Assembly: GCF_902713615.1 (NCBI RefSeq)
Contig: NC_052172.1
Location: forward strand, 6,429,337-6,493,336
Reading direction: 5' to 3'
From: Scyliorhinus canicula
Lineage: Eukaryota
Length of the DNA stretch: 64,000 bases
The position numbers and the translations under genes are program-made. This document shows, piece by piece, positions 12,941 through 26,799 of the stretch (position 1 is the first letter of the stretch; each line of letters opens with the position of its first letter). Below the pieces are notes generated by a model. The model was not told the origin of the DNA, searched no databases, and worked only from the letters and a program-made list of their open reading frames with translations.

Positions 12941-15129
12941 GGTGGGGCTAATGCGGATTCTGGATGTTTACTTTTCGCCATTTGAGAGCAGAGTCTGACG
13001 TTAGTTTAAGCCTACAACAGTTAGAGTTAGTCCGAATCATTCTCTCACTTCTCATTGAGCGGGGGAACTTTATCTGAATCCAGGCAAATGTGTGCACAGC
13101 TCTGTGTATCCCCGCTATCTCTGCACTCGCTGCTGTATCTGGGTCTAACTGGGAAGATAGTGGATATATTGCTGGTGGAGCCGTATAGAAGACTCTGCCA
13201 ATGATCCACGGACATGAGTTTCACACCCAGCTCCCGCTGCAGATTCAATAAAAATTGCAATCAAACGTTTCAATTCCATTTCATTTTAACTGATTTTTTC
13301 CTATTTCTTTGTCTCTTGTCTTTCTTTATACATGTTCACCCCTCCATCTTCTCCACCTTTCGTTACCCTTTCTCTCCTTGCTTCCCCTTCCCCTCCCCCC
13401 ACATCTACATCTGTCACAGTTTACCCTCTGTTGTTAGTTTCTCTGCATTTTGGCCTTTCAGGCCTTTTGTTCTCTCTGGGGACTGCCATTAGCCCTCTTT
13501 CACGTTGCTGTCTGTGGCTATTCGCACGCCGTTCCCCTGGGTAACTGTGGCTATGACTCACCTTTCATTCTCACTCCACAGGATAAATATTTCTCACTTG
13601 CCCTGTCTTTAGCTTTGACAAATGGTCATCTGGACTCGAAACGTCAGCTCTTTTCTCCCCATGCAGATGCTGTCAGACATGCTGAGATTTTCCAGCATTT
13701 TCTTTTTGGTTTCAGATTCCAGCATCCGCAGTAATTTGCTTTTAATCAAAAGCTGGTATCGGTATTAGTGTCCATGAAACATTCTGATCCTGCCTGGTGT
13801 CCACGTGACTCCGGGTACAGGCATGCCCTCTGGCATGGCCAAGGAAACCAATTAGCTGTCAGGAAAGTGGCTCGCCACCAATTTCTCAACGGCATTAAAG
13901 ATGGACGACTGTTTTTGAACTTGGTAATGACGGCAGAACAATTGTGTTTTCATAGATGAGCATCTTTTGCGATTTGGAGACTGAAGAATCTGGGCCGGTT
14001 GACGGATTACGGAGATAGGATACGGCAGCTGTCACTCAAATTGTAAGGGGCTCAAGAAAATCCCCTTTCTATTTTTAAATATTGCACAAGTATAACGAAA
14101 TTCTACAGAAAGCCATTATCAAAACAGGACGAAAATCGGAAACAGCTTCGCACTTAAATCCGGTACATTTTGATTGATATTGTGTCACATGTTGTTTTCT
14201 TTATTTCCTTTATTATCTCGGGTCCGGCTCTCCTTTTGTCTCTTCAACTTTCTTTCCCTACCAGTGCATCCCTAATTCTGCGGCCCTCTATCCATTTTAC
14301 ATTCTCGCACTCCATTTTTTCCTCCTTTACAACTATACTGTACTCCTCTACTTCACCATTTCACCCCATCAACTGTCTATCCTTCTGTCTCCCTCTGGCG
14401 GCACAACCCTTCCATCTACATTCCTTTTCTATCCTCGCCAAGAGAATAAGCACGAACGATATGTCGGATGCGAAACGATACTCTTTTATTCTAATGCACA
14501 AACCTCAAACAAGCGGGTTGGCTCCTCGCATGATTCTGCCTGCTCTATTCATTATTCACTGCAACTTAATGCAGTAATTTTATTCCAATCCCAAACCAGA
14601 CCAAAACAGTGGCTAGGATAATAGGCAGAAACCTGACTATTTTATACTAATTTGGAAGAATGTGTGGAAAGGATAGTTCGCTCCGGGAGTGACTTTCCAA
14701 AGAGACAGGGATATGATCAAAACCAAACTTTATTATTAACACAGTAATTTAACATCACACCTGGAAGTAGCTTACAAGTATCCCCTAAATAATACTAATC
14801 AAGCCAATTACCCTTAACTACTATCTTTATTCCCACTCAAACATCAACAAAACCATCTCAGTTCTCAATGCACTGTTAAATAGAGTCAGCCCTCAGGAGT
14901 ACCTGCTCCTCAGAGATGTTCTTTGAGGACGTGATCTTGCTCGTGCTGTTCGAGAGGGTTTAGAATATTGTGGCAGGGGGTGGGATCCGGAACAGTAGGT
15001 CATTAAGTGCAGGGACTGGAGAAAACGTGAGACTGCGATAAATATAACGCAGAGTAGGAGGGGAGCCGCAGGGCTCAGCGGGTCAGTAGGTCTGGAGTGC
15101 GTTTGCTTCATTGCGAGAAGTATAACAGC

Positions 15130-17790
15130 TAAGACTGATGAACTGAGAGCCTGGATTACTGCCTGGAACCATGATGTAATTGTAATTATGGAGACATAGT
15201 TAAAGGGGTTAAAGGGGCTGGTTTGGCACAGGGCTAAAAGGCTGGCTTTTAAAGCAGTCCAAGGCAGGCCAGCAGCACGGTTCAATTCCCGTACCGGCCT
15301 CCCCGAACAGGCGCCGGAATGAGGCTACTCGGGGCTTTTCACAGTACCCTCATTTGAAGCCTACTTATGACAATAGCGATTTTCAATTCAGGAGGAACAG
15401 GACTGGCAGCTTAACATTCGTTCTGGGGAATCAATATTTTAGACGGGACAGAAGGGGAAACAAAGCATTGCTGATTGGGGAGCAGATCTCAGCCGTGTGG
15501 AGCGAGGACACATTGGAGGGATCTCGTCGTGAGGCATTATGGATCAGAAATAAGGATGAAAAAACAATTTGGAAGTTTTTTATAGACCTCCCAACAGCCC
15601 TCAGAAGACAACGGAGCAGTTGTGTAATCAGATACTGAAAAGGTGTGAAGAAAGCAGGGTAGTTGTGCTGAGTGACTTTAACTTCCCCCATATTGACTAG
15701 GAATCCCTTACAGCCAGGAGCACGGATGGAGAACACTATGTTAGATGTGTTTAAGAGGGCATTTTGATGCAGTACGTTGACAATCCAACTAGGGAGGGGG
15801 TCATACTGGACATTGGCATTGGGGAATGAGCCAGGTCAGGTGATTATTGTTTCAATGGGGGAGAACCTTTGGCTTCCCGACCATTATTCCAGAAGATTTG
15901 GAGTGAGGTTGCTTAATTGGTTGAAGGCCAATTACATCCAAATTAGACAAAAACTTGGGAATGTGGATTGGGAGCGGCTCTTTGAGGGCAAATTTACATC
16001 TGACATGTGGGAGGCTTTTAAAGGCCAGTTGATTGAAATGCACGGCAAGCATATCCCCACAAACATTAAGGTTAAAATGGCAGGATTCGGGAACCATGGA
16101 TGACAAGGGAAAGTTTAAACTCAGTAAAAAGGAAAAAAGAAGCATGCGAAAGGTCGAGGCAGCTAAAAACTGACGAAGCCTTTGAGGAGCACAATGGAAG
16201 TAGGAAGGAACTTAAACGTGAAATTAGGAGGGCTAAAAGGGGCCATGAACTGCCTTTAGATAACATGGTCAAGGAGAATCACAAGGTTTTTTATGCATAT
16301 ATTAAGAGCAAGAGGGTAGCAATCAAAGAGTAGACCCACTCAAGGGCAATGGAGGCACCATTTGCGTGGAACCCCAAGAAGTGGGTGAAATCGTTAATGA
16401 GTACTTTTTATCAGTGTTCACCAGGGAGAAGGACATGACGGATGTCAAAGACAGGGATAAGTGTGCGAACGCTCTTAAGAATTTCAATACATCAAAGGAG
16501 GAAGCTTTGAGTATCCTAAATTACATTTAGGTAGGCAAATCCCCAGGGCTCCATGGAATTTATTCCAGGTTACTGCGGGAGGGAAGGGGAAAAATAATTG
16601 TGGCCTTAACAGATATCTTAGCATCCATCTTGAGCACTGGCGAGGTTCCAGAGGGCTGGAGAATAGCCAATGTTATTATCTTGTTTAAGAAAACAAGCAG
16701 CGATAATCCAGCAAATTATAGGCCGGTGAGTCGGACTTCAGTGATGGGGAAGCTTTTGGATAGGATACTGAGGGACAGGATAAATGCATATTTGGAGTTA
16801 GTGACCGGAAGAATGGTTTTGTACGAGGGAGGTTATGTCTCATCAACTTGGTTCAGTTTTTTGAAGAGGTGAGGAAGAAAATTGATTGGGGTAGAGCTGT
16901 AAATGTAGTCTATATGGACGTTAGCTAGACGTTCGACAAGGTCCCACATGGCAGACTGGTGCAAAAACTCAAAAGCACAGCAGATTCAGAGTGGGCTGGC
17001 TAGATGGATACAGAACTGGCTTGGTTAAAGAAGACAGAGAGTAGTGGTGAAAGGCTGATTTTCCGAATGGAGATCAGTAGCTAGCGGTGTTCCACAGGGA
17101 TCGGTGCTGGGTCCTCTGTTGTTTGTAGTATATATAAATGATCTGGAGGAAAATATGGGTGTCTGATTAGTAAGTTCGTGGGTGACGCGAGGATTGGCGG
17201 AGTTGCTGAGATTGCCGAGGATTGTGATAGTACACAACAGGATATAGGTTGATTCGAGATTTGGGCACAAAAATGACAAATGGAGTTTAATCCGGACAAA
17301 TGCGAGGTAATGCATTTTGGAGGATCAAATGTAGGTATGAATTATACTGTAAATGGCACAACATTCTGGAACATTAACATGCAGAGGGATCTGGGCGTAC
17401 AGGTCCACAATTCTCTAAAAGAGACAGCACAGGTGGCCAAGGTGATTAAGAAGGCATAAGGCAGGCTGGCATTCATCTGTCGGGGCATTGCGTGCAGGCG
17501 TTAGGAAATCAGTTTGCAGCTATATAAAACCTTCGTTCGGCCGCATTTGGAGTATTGTGTGCCGTTCTAGTCACCACATTATCAGAATAACATGGAAGTT
17601 TTGTAAAGAGTGCAAAAAAGGTTCACCAGGATGGTGCTTGGTCTCCAGCGTGTTGGCTATGCTAAAGGTTGAATGAACGAGGATTGTTTTCACTGGAAAG
17701 ACGGGGGCTTGGGGGAGACCTGATAGATGTCTACAAAATGATAAGAGGGATAGACAGGGTGGATAGTCAGAGGCTTTTTCCTGATACCTT
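15130..17790 (+). mobile_element. Decayed CR1 ORF2 (endonuclease plus RT)
   Basis: [35 protein letters not shown] and RPHLEYC motifs with many stops and frameshifts. Confidence 0.85.
15214..15390 (+). mobile_element. Short tRNA-head SINE (family B)
   Basis: gggctggtttggcacagggctaa..acggttcaattcccgtacc..gcgattttca. Confidence 0.85.
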
Positions 17791-18214
17791 GGCTCCACTC
17801 AGTCATTACATCATCTGACCAAGCTCAAGTCTAATTAACTCCAATAGAAACCTCCTTCATCCAAACAAAACTGCATTAGCCCAACCTTTTTACGATGCCT
17901 GGCTCTCAATCTTTCAAACCAGAATTCTCTTAAGACATGACTGCAGAAGTCACACACACATTAACTAGGGTGTTAAACCCTTACTGCTCCGAATAAATAG
18001 AATGAAACATAGCTGAAACTAATACATTAATCGCAATTCTCAGGAATTTGTGATGCTACCACCCGAAGGGAAATCTTTCTTTTCCGACTTGCAGGGCTCT
18101 GAACCGAAGCAGTTACTCCAGTGGGGCATGGCAAGTTTATTAAAATATTTTAAACCAGAGATAAACATAGAATATAGACCAGTACAGCACAGTACAAGAT
18201 TTTCGGACCACGAT

Positions 18215-19155
18215 GTTGTACCACCAGTTATCCTAATCTGAGGTCAACCTAACCTAAACCCTTTCAATTTGCTGCTGTCCGTGCGCTTGTCCAAGAGTCG
18301 CTTAAATGTCCCTAATGACTCAGACTCCACCAGCTCAGCTGGCTGTGCATTCCACGCACCCACCACGCTCGGGATAAAGAACCTACCTCTGACATCCCCC
18401 TATACCTTCCTCCAATAACCTTAAAACTATGTCCCCTCTTGACAGCCATTTCCACCCTGGGGAAAAGTCTCTGGCTATCCACTCTATCCACACCTCTCAT
18501 CACCTTGTACAACTCTATCAAGTCACCTCTCTTCCTTCTTCGCTCCAGTGAGAAAAGCCCTAGCTCCTTCAACCTTTCTTCATAAGACATGCCCTCCAGT
18601 CCATGCTGCGTCTGGTAAATCTCCTCGGTACCCTCTCCAAAGCATCCACATCCTTCCTATAATGAGGCGATCAGAACGGGAAACAATATTCTAAGTGTGG
18701 TATAACTAGTGCTTTACAAAGCGGCAGCAAATCCTCGCGCTCTTAAACACAATCCCCCTGTTAATGAAAGCCAACACACCATACGCCTTCTTAACAAACC
18801 TATCAACCTGGGTGGCAACTTGGAGCGATCTATATACGTGGACCCCAAGATCCCTCTGTTCCTCCACAATTCCAAGAATCCTGCCTTTAACCCTGTATTC
18901 AGCATTCAAACTCTACCGTACAAAATTAATCACTTCACATTTATCAAGGTTGAACTCCGTCTGCCACTTCTCAGCCCAGCTCTGCATCCTGGAAATGTCC
19001 TGTTTAACCTGCAACAGCCTTCAACCCAATCGACCCCCCCCCACAACCTTCGTGTCATCGACAAACTTACTAACCCACCCTTCCACTTCTTCATCCACGT
19101 CATTTATAAAAACCACAAAGAGCAGAGGTCCCAGAAAAGATCCCTACGGGAAACC
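18215..19155 (-). mobile_element. CR1 3' part (RT C-terminus and tail)
   Basis: MSYEERLKELGLFSLERRRKRGDLIE and EEQRDLGVHV motifs. Confidence 0.85.
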
Positions 19156-19159
19156 ACTT

Positions 19160-20785
19160 TGAATTTGACTTGATTTATTATTATCACATGTAATAGTATG
19201 CAGTGAAAAGTATTGTTTCTTGCATGCTGTACAAACAATGCATACCGTACATAGGGAAGGAAGGAGAGACCGCAGAATATAATGTTACAGTTATAGCAAG
19301 CTGTAGAGCAAAGATCAACTTAATACGAGGTAGATCCATTCAGAAGTCTGGTGACAGTCGGGAAGAAACTGTTCATGAGTCGGTTGGTACGTGACCTCAA
19401 ATATTGGTATCTTTTTCGTGACGGAAGAAGGTGAAAGAGAGTATGTCCGGTGTGCGTGGGCTCCCTAATTATGCTGGCTGTTTTTCCAAGCCAGTGGGAA
19501 TTGCAGGCAGAGTCGATGGATGAGAGGCTGGTTTGCCTGACGGATTGGGCTACATTCACGACATTTTGCAATTTCCTGGGCAGAACAGGATCCATACGAA
19601 GCTGTGATACAACAGAAATAATGCTTTCTATGATGCATCTGTAGACGTTGGTGTGAGTCCAGGTGACATGCCAAATTTCCTTACTCTTCTGAGAAAGTGC
19701 AGTCGTTGGTGGGCTTTCTAAACTGTAGTGTCGGCATGGGAGTGACCAGGGCAGGCTGTTGGTGATCTGGATACCTAAACATTTGAAGATCTCGAACCCT
19801 TCTACTTCGTTCCCATTGATGTGGACAGGGGCATGTTCTCGACTACACTTCCTAAAGTCAATGACAATCTCCTTCATTTTGTTGACATTGAGGGAGAGAT
19901 TATTGTCGTTGCACCAGTTCAACAGATTCTCTATCTAACTCCTGCCCTCTGTCTCGTCATTGTTTGAAATCCTACCCACTACTGTGGTGTCATCAACAAA
20001 TTTGAAAATCGTGTTGAAGGGGGATTTGGCCACACAGGTGTACAAGGAGTACAGTCGGAGGCTGAGGACACAGCCCTTTGGGGCACCGTTGTTGAGCATG
20101 ATCGTGGAGGAGGTGTTGTTGCCTATCCTTACTGATTGTGGCCTGTGAGTTAGAAAGTTCAGGATCCAGTCGTAGAGGGAGGAGCCGAGGCCAAGTCCAC
20201 GGAATTTGGCGATGTTTTGTAGGATTGAAGGTGTTCAATGCTGAGCTGTAGTCGATAATTCGGAGTCTGACATAGGTGTCTTTGTTATATAGGTGTTCCA
20301 GGGTAGAGTGCAAGACCATGGAGATGGCGTCTGCTGTGGGCCTGTTGCAGCATGAGGCAAACTGTAGTGGATCAAGGCAATCCGGGAGGCTGGAGTTCAT
20401 TCGTGCCATGAGTAACCTTTCGAAGCACTTCATGATGATGGATGTGAGAGCCACTGGACGATAGTCATTAATGCACGTTGCTTGACTTTCTTTTTGGTGC
20501 ACGAATGATGGTCGTCTTCTTGAAGCAGATAGGGACATCAGATTGTTGTTAAGTGAGGCTGAAGTCTGTGAATACCCCCGCCAGCTGATCCGCGCAAGCC
20601 CTGAGTGCCCATCCGGTTACCGCATCCGGGCCAGTGGCTTTCCATGGGTTGACCTTCGAGAAGGCAGCTCTGACGTCTGCAATGGTGATCTCAGATACAA
20701 GTTCATCTGAAGCTTCTGGGGTGGAGGGCTTGCTCTCGCTGACCTCTGACCACGAACCCTCAGGCGGAATACTTTTCATCCACTA
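19160..20785 (-). mobile_element. Rex1/Babar-type LINE RT fragment nested in CR1
   Basis: [44 protein letters not shown]; WCNDNNLSLNVNKMKEIVIDFRK; HTLFHLLPSRKRY..RTNRLMNSFFP. Confidence 0.8.
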
Positions 20786-21540
20786 CCACTCGCTGTCTTC
20801 TTTTGTCCAGCCAATTCTGTATCCAGACAGCCAAATCTCCCTGTGTACCAGGCCCCCTAACTTGCTGAATGAACCTACCATGGGGAACCTTATAAAATGC
20901 CTTACTGAAATCCAATGTGTGTCGTCACATCCTGAAAGAATTCAACGAGGCTTGTGATGCATGTCCTGCCCCTCACAAAGCCATGCTGACTATCTTTAAT
21001 CCAACTATGTTTTTCTAAATAATCATAAATCCTTTCTCTCAGAACCCTTTCCAATATCTGGCTCACCACAAACGTAAGACTGATGGGTCTGTAATTCCCA
21101 GAGATTTCCCTATTCCCTTTCTTGAACAGGGGAACAACATTCGCCTCCCTCCAATCATCCTGCACTACTCCAGTGGAAAGTGAGGACGCAAAGATCATCG
21201 CCAACGGCGCAGCAATCTCCTCCCTTGCTTCCCGTAGTAACCTTGGGTATATCCCGTCAAGCCCAGGGGCCCTATCTATCCTGATGCTTTTGAAAATTTA
21301 CAGCACATCCTCCTTCTTAATATCATCCTGTTCGAGTCTATTAGTCTGGTTGACACTGTTCTCATGAACAACAAGGTCCCTCTCTCTAGTGTATACTGAA
21401 GCAAGATATTCATTTATGGCCTCCCCTACCTCCTCAGACCCTACGCACAACTTCCCTCCACTATCCCTGATCGGCCCTACTCTTACTCTGATAATCCTCT
21501 TTTTTTCTCACAAATGTACAATGCCTTGTGATTGTCCCTA
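20785..21540 (-). mobile_element. CR1 RT N-terminal part (continuation of the 18.2-19.2 kb element)
   Basis: DWREANVVPLFKKGNREISGNYRPISLT..SQHGFVRGRTC. Confidence 0.85.
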
Positions 21541-22232
21541 ATCCTTCCAGCGGGGCAATTGCTTCAGCCAGAGTATGGTGAATCTGAGGAACTCTTTACT
21601 GCAGAAAGCTGTGGACGACAAATCGCTGTGTCTTTACGACAGAGATAGATAGGTTCTTGGTTAAGAAGGGGATCGCGGATTATGTGGAGAAGGCAGGAGA
21701 ATGGGGATGAGAAAAATATCAGCCATGATTTAATGGCGGAGCAGATTCAATGGGCAGAATGGCTAGTTATGCTTCTATGTCTTACGGTCTTATGGATCAT
21801 CGGACAGTACAGAACTCCCTCAGTACTGACCCTCGGGCAGTGCAGGTTCACTGCAATATTCACCCTCAGGCAGTGCAGTGTTCATGCACTTTTGGCGCCC
21901 AACCTTGGAGTACTCCCTCCGTACTTCTTCTCCAACAGTGCAATATTAGTTGATACCTCCAGAAGTACTGAACCATCTCCCCCGGCGCAGCAGCACTTGC
22001 TTCCTCCTGGATTGGGATTGACACCTTCCGTATTGTGCTTCCGTCTCTGACGCGGTACTTAATGCTGACTCCACGGAGCCACTGCGGACATATTAACTGA
22101 TCAGTCGCAGGGGAAAGTGTCATATCCGCCCGGGTGAACATACCGCACATACAATATCGCATATTGATTAAAATCAGTAGGCTACAGGCCAACCAGGAAA
22201 CCAAGAATCGGAAATAATACTGTCTGGGAAGA

Positions 22233-22863
22233 ATGTATTTGGGTCCAGATTCATGGATCATTGTTTTAATGCTGCCATGTAAGTTACTTGACCCTCCATT
22301 TGATGAGATTTTTTTATACAGGAACTGGAACGGTTTAACTAAATGTTTGCAATCGAACGCTCTCTTTAATGCTGAATCGGGCCGAGGAAGGCAACTTTAA
22401 AAGGCAAATAACAGGAGACCCTCGAAGAACAAGTGTTGGAATAGATGTCAGCAATTCGCATCCTATACGTTCACCTCATAGTGTTGCCTTGCTCATGAAT
22501 AACATTAATAACCAGCCATTCTTTTAAAAGTAAATCATTTATTTCTCTTACAGACGTGATTTGCCAGGAGGAGCACAAGATCACCCAATCCCCGACGCAA
22601 CATTCCGTCAAAAGGGGTGAAACAGTGGAGTTAAACTGCCAACAGAGTCAATCGCTGGAGTACATGTATTGGTATCAACAGAAAAAATCTGGGGGACTAC
22701 AACTGCTTATGCGTTCGTATATCTATGAACCAAAAGCAACAAATGAAAAAGGCGTCTCCGATAGGTACAGTGCGACAATGAAAGATCAGAAAATTATGAT
22801 CCTGAAAATCACCGCGGTGAATGCAGAAGACGAGGGTATCTATTTCTGTGCTGCCAGTAGTGT
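22233..22863 (+). CDS. TRBV: TCR beta V segment V-c, intact, inverted relative to its neighbours
   Basis: Leader exon 22233-22278 (MYLGPDSWIIVLMLP, donor gtaagt). Acceptor ttacag. V exon 22554-22863 reads YVICQEEHKITQSP..ELNCQQ..YMYWYQQ..GLQLLMRS..DEGIYFCAASS, followed by a 23-RSS. Confidence 0.92.
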
Positions 22864-22902
22864 CACAGAGGTGCAAGCAGACTAACCTTCCGTTCAAAAA
22901 CC
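22864..22902 (+). other. 23-RSS of V-c
   Basis: CACAGAG + 23 nt (gtgcaagcagactaaccttccgt) + TCAAAAACC. Confidence 0.92.
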
Positions 22903-23610
22903 TATCACATCTACAAGCGGTTCCAACGAAACAATAACTTTCATTTATATAGCGACACTGACGACCTCAGTCAAAACTTCCCAGGAAATTAAATCAACAA
23001 ACATTCACTCTGGGACACAGGAGTTATTTTTGACCCCGAGGCAGCGAATAGGTGATGATATTAAGGGGGGAATTGCAGCGCCTGTGGCCCAGGAGGAGGG
23101 AGAAAAATCATTCTCCCAGCGTTATTGATGCAATGGTGACCTCTAGCGCTCGTTTTTTGCCAATACAGGTAACTATTTTAATTGGCCAATGCCCGGCTAA
23201 ACGTCAAGATACAAACAAGCAACTCCGTCTCCGTCTCCATTGCTGTTTTATGATTGAGGATTTCCAAGTGAGACTTGATTTAAAAACGCCGCTCAACAGA
23301 CCAATATCAGCCAATTGGAGCCGGGAGTACATGCCTATTGGATTGTTCCCTGTGCATCAGCTGATAACCTTCTCATGTGTAAACCAGACGCTGCCAGTGA
23401 TTCTGCACGGGAGAGTTGAGAATTTAATCCATGCTGGCGCTCTGAATGGCATTGTTGATGGAGCATTGCGCTGCCGGGGCCGCAGTCTTGATGGAGCGCT
23501 GCACTGCCGGAAAATCAGGTCTGTGGGCGGGTCACACTATCGAATGTTCAGTGCCCAGGGAGTGCTGCTGTATCCAAGGGCCAGTACTGGTACATGGATG
23601 CACTGTCTGA

Positions 23611-23928
23611 GGGTCAGCACGGTGGCACAGTGGTTAGCACTGATGCTTCACAACGCCACGGTCCCAGGTTCCATTTCTGGTTTGGGTCACTGCCCGTGGG
23701 GAGTTTGCACTCCTTGTGTCTGCCTGGGGTTCCTCCGGGTGCTCCAGTTTCCATTACAGCCGAAAAAATTGCAGAACAGATCGATGGGCCATGCAGGATT
23801 GCCCCATCCTTTCCAAAAGGTTACTGGGTTATCGAGTAGTGTGGAGGCATGGGGTGTTCTTTCCAAGGGCCGGTGCAGACCCGATGGGCAGAATTACATC
23901 TTTCTATACTGTAAATGCTGTGATTCTA
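23611..23928 (+). mobile_element. HE1-type SINE
   Basis: gggtcagcacggtggcacagtggttagcac head. Confidence 0.8.
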
Positions 23929-23999
23929 AGCAGATAAAATAGTCACTATCGATCGGCGCAAATAAAAAATCTCGCAAACCCGAGATGTGATTTGCGGGT

Positions 24000-25330
24000 G
24001 TAGCTTAATAACCCTCTCCGTAATAAATACACTCTTAGATGCGTTTACAGAAGGAAATAATGTGGACTCCTAAGAAAGGTACAGCAATAATCATGGGCGA
24101 TTTTAATCTACAGATCGATTAGATGAATCGGATCAAACATTACTCTGGAAGATGGTTACCTAGAGTTCTCTGAGGACAGCTTGTTGGAACAGCGCGTTCC
24201 CGACCCAGCCACAGAGCAGGCTATTCTGGATCCGGGAATGTAAAAGGAGGGAGGATTCATTACTGACTTCTTAGCAACAGAGAACCTAGCAGTGATTAGA
24301 ACACGGTGGAATGTCGCGTCCAGTCTGAGAGAGCAGAGTGGTTCAAAGACTATTGTTTCAATCTTAAATAAAGGTAATTAAAATAGTCGGAAGAAAGATC
24401 TGACTAAAGTGACCGGGAAATTGGGTTAAGTTCAGCAGAGATACAGCGGCAGATAGTTAAGCAACTATTTAATAGCAGTCAGCGATAAAGGAAGAATCTA
24501 GTGTAAGGGGACAGCGTCTGTGGATAACGAAGCAAGTTACAAATGATATCAAATTGCGAAAGAAGCAACGTACAATTCTGAGAAGAAAAGTTTTAGGTCA
24601 GACGATTTGAAAAACTTTGATACAGAAAAGAAGGACTGTAAAAAGGAGAGAAAAACCAGGGCATGAAATTATCAGCTAGAAATATAAAAACACAGTAAAA
24701 GTTTGATCAAGCATTTAAAAAGTAAAAGAGAAACGAAAGTGAACATGGGTCATGGACAGAATGAGAGTCGGGAATGAATAATAATAATAATCTTTATTAG
24801 TGCCACAAGTAGGCTTACATTAATACTGCAATGAAGTTACTGTGCAAATTCCCTAATCGCCACACACCAGCGCCTGTTGAAGACACAGACCAGATATTGT
24901 GTGTCTGTCTTCTTTATCAAAGACATAAATCACCTCCAGGTAATACTTGAATCAGAAGCAGAAAGAAAGGGAGAAACTTAAAACAATCACTGTTACCAAG
25001 GAAAGGATACTAGGAATGTTATTAGAACTAAACTCTGACTTCTCCATTGGGCCCGATTTCCTGCACCCTAGGGTCTTAATGAAGCTGACTTGTCAGATGC
25101 CTGATGCATTGTTCGTAATTTTCCAAGAAAATCCTAAAATCTGCAAACGCCCTATCAGATTTGAAAATAATGATTGTTAGCCCTCCATGTAAGAAGGGGG
25201 AAAGGCAGACATGAAACAATAGGTTTGTTAGCATAACATCTGCCATGCGCAAATGTTAGTCCAATTGTTAAGAAGGTTTGTCAGGCCAGTTCCAAAAACT
25301 TCCTGCAATCAGGCAGAATTACCATGGTTT
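24000..25330 (+). mobile_element. Very old decayed CR1 ORF2
   Basis: Degenerate IIMGDFNL and IGPDFLHPRVL motifs. Confidence 0.55.
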
Positions 25331-25369
25331 TGTGTGTCATGTGAGAGTACCTTTAAGAAATGGATGTTT

Positions 25370-26590
25370 AAGCAATGTAACTTTGAGAAGGTGACTGAAC
25401 AGGTAGACGAGGGTAGAGCAGTTGATGTGGTGTATATGGATTTCAGTAAAGCGTTTGATAAGGTCCCCCACGGTCGGCTATTGCAGAATATACGGAGGCT
25501 GGGGATTGAGGGTGATTTAGAGATGTGGATCAGAAATTGGCTAGTTGAAAGAAGACAGAGGGTGGTGGTTGATGGCAAATGTTCAGAATGGAGTTCAGTT
25601 ACGAGTGGCGTACCACAAGGATCTGTTCTGGGGCCGTTGCTGTTTGTCATTTTTATGAATGACCTAGAGGAGGGCACAGAAGGTTGGGTGAGTAAATTTG
25701 CAGACGACACTAAAGTCGGTGGAGTTGTAGACAGTGTGGAAGGATGTTGCAGGTTACTGAGGGACATAGATAAGCTGCAGAGCTGGGCTGAGAGGTGGCA
25801 AATGGAGTTTAATGTAGAGAAGTGTGAGGTGATTCACTTTGGGAAGAATAAGAGGAATGCGGACTATTTGGCTAATGGTAAAATTCTTGGTAGTGTGGAT
25901 GAGCAGAGGGATCTCGGTGTCCATGTACATAGATCCCTGAAAGTTGCCACCCAGGTTGCTAGGGTTGTGAAGAAGGCCTATGGTGTGTTGGCCTTTATTG
26001 GTAGAGGTATTGAGTTCCGGAGCCATGAGGTCATGTTGCAGCTGTACAAAACTCCGGTGTGGCCGCATTTGGAGTATTGCGTGCAGTTCTGGTCGCCGCA
26101 TTATAGGAAGGATGTGGAAGCATTGGAAAGGGTGCAGAGGGGATTCACCAGGATGTTGCCTGGTATGGAGGAAAGATCTTATGAGGAATGGTTGAGTGAC
26201 TTAAGGCTGTTTTCGTTTGAGAGAAGAAGGTTAAGAGGTGTCTTAATTGAGGCATACAAGATGATCAGAGGATTAGATATAGTGGACAGTGAGAGCCTTT
26301 TACCTCGGATGGTGATGTCTAGCACGAGGGAACATAGCTATAAATTGAGGGGAGATAGATATAGCACAGTTGTCAGGAGTAGGTTCTTTACTCAGAGAGT
26401 AGTAAGGGCGTGTATTGACCTGCCTGCAACAGTAATGAATTCGCCAACACGAAGGGCATTCAAACGGTCATTGAATACACATATAGACGATAAGGGAAAA
26501 GTATAGGTGGACTTAAGAGGGGTTTCACAGGCCGGCGCAACATCGAGGGCCGAAGTGCCTGTACTGCGCTGTAATGTTCTATGTTCTATA
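25370..26590 (+). mobile_element. Young 5'-truncated CR1 (open RT C-half)
   Basis: ORF 25253-26506: [55 protein letters not shown]. Tail taatgttctatgttctat. Confidence 0.92.
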
Positions 26591-26799
26591 GGCTGCTTTC
26601 CATTTTGGGAAGGAGCTGACTGGTGGTGATTTTACCTGAGGGTCACCCCACCTCAGGCAATGGGCAAGGTTGAATAACGTTGAATTCCTTGAATAACGTC
26701 AGCCAGTAGGGAGATAACTGCATTGCAGCAGTGCAGAGAAGCTTCACTCTGTTAATCTCTGGGATAAAGGGTTCATACGTAGAAATCATAGAATGCCGG

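Noticed and set aside
14531-14580. Hydrophobic mini-ORF MILPALFIIHCNLMQ|gtaatt
   Set aside because: The donor is phase 2 whereas V leaders here are phase 1, and there is no partner V exon.
23052-23942. 296-aa ORF on the + strand
   Set aside because: It runs through unique flank and a SINE with no domain-like content. It is a spurious ORF.
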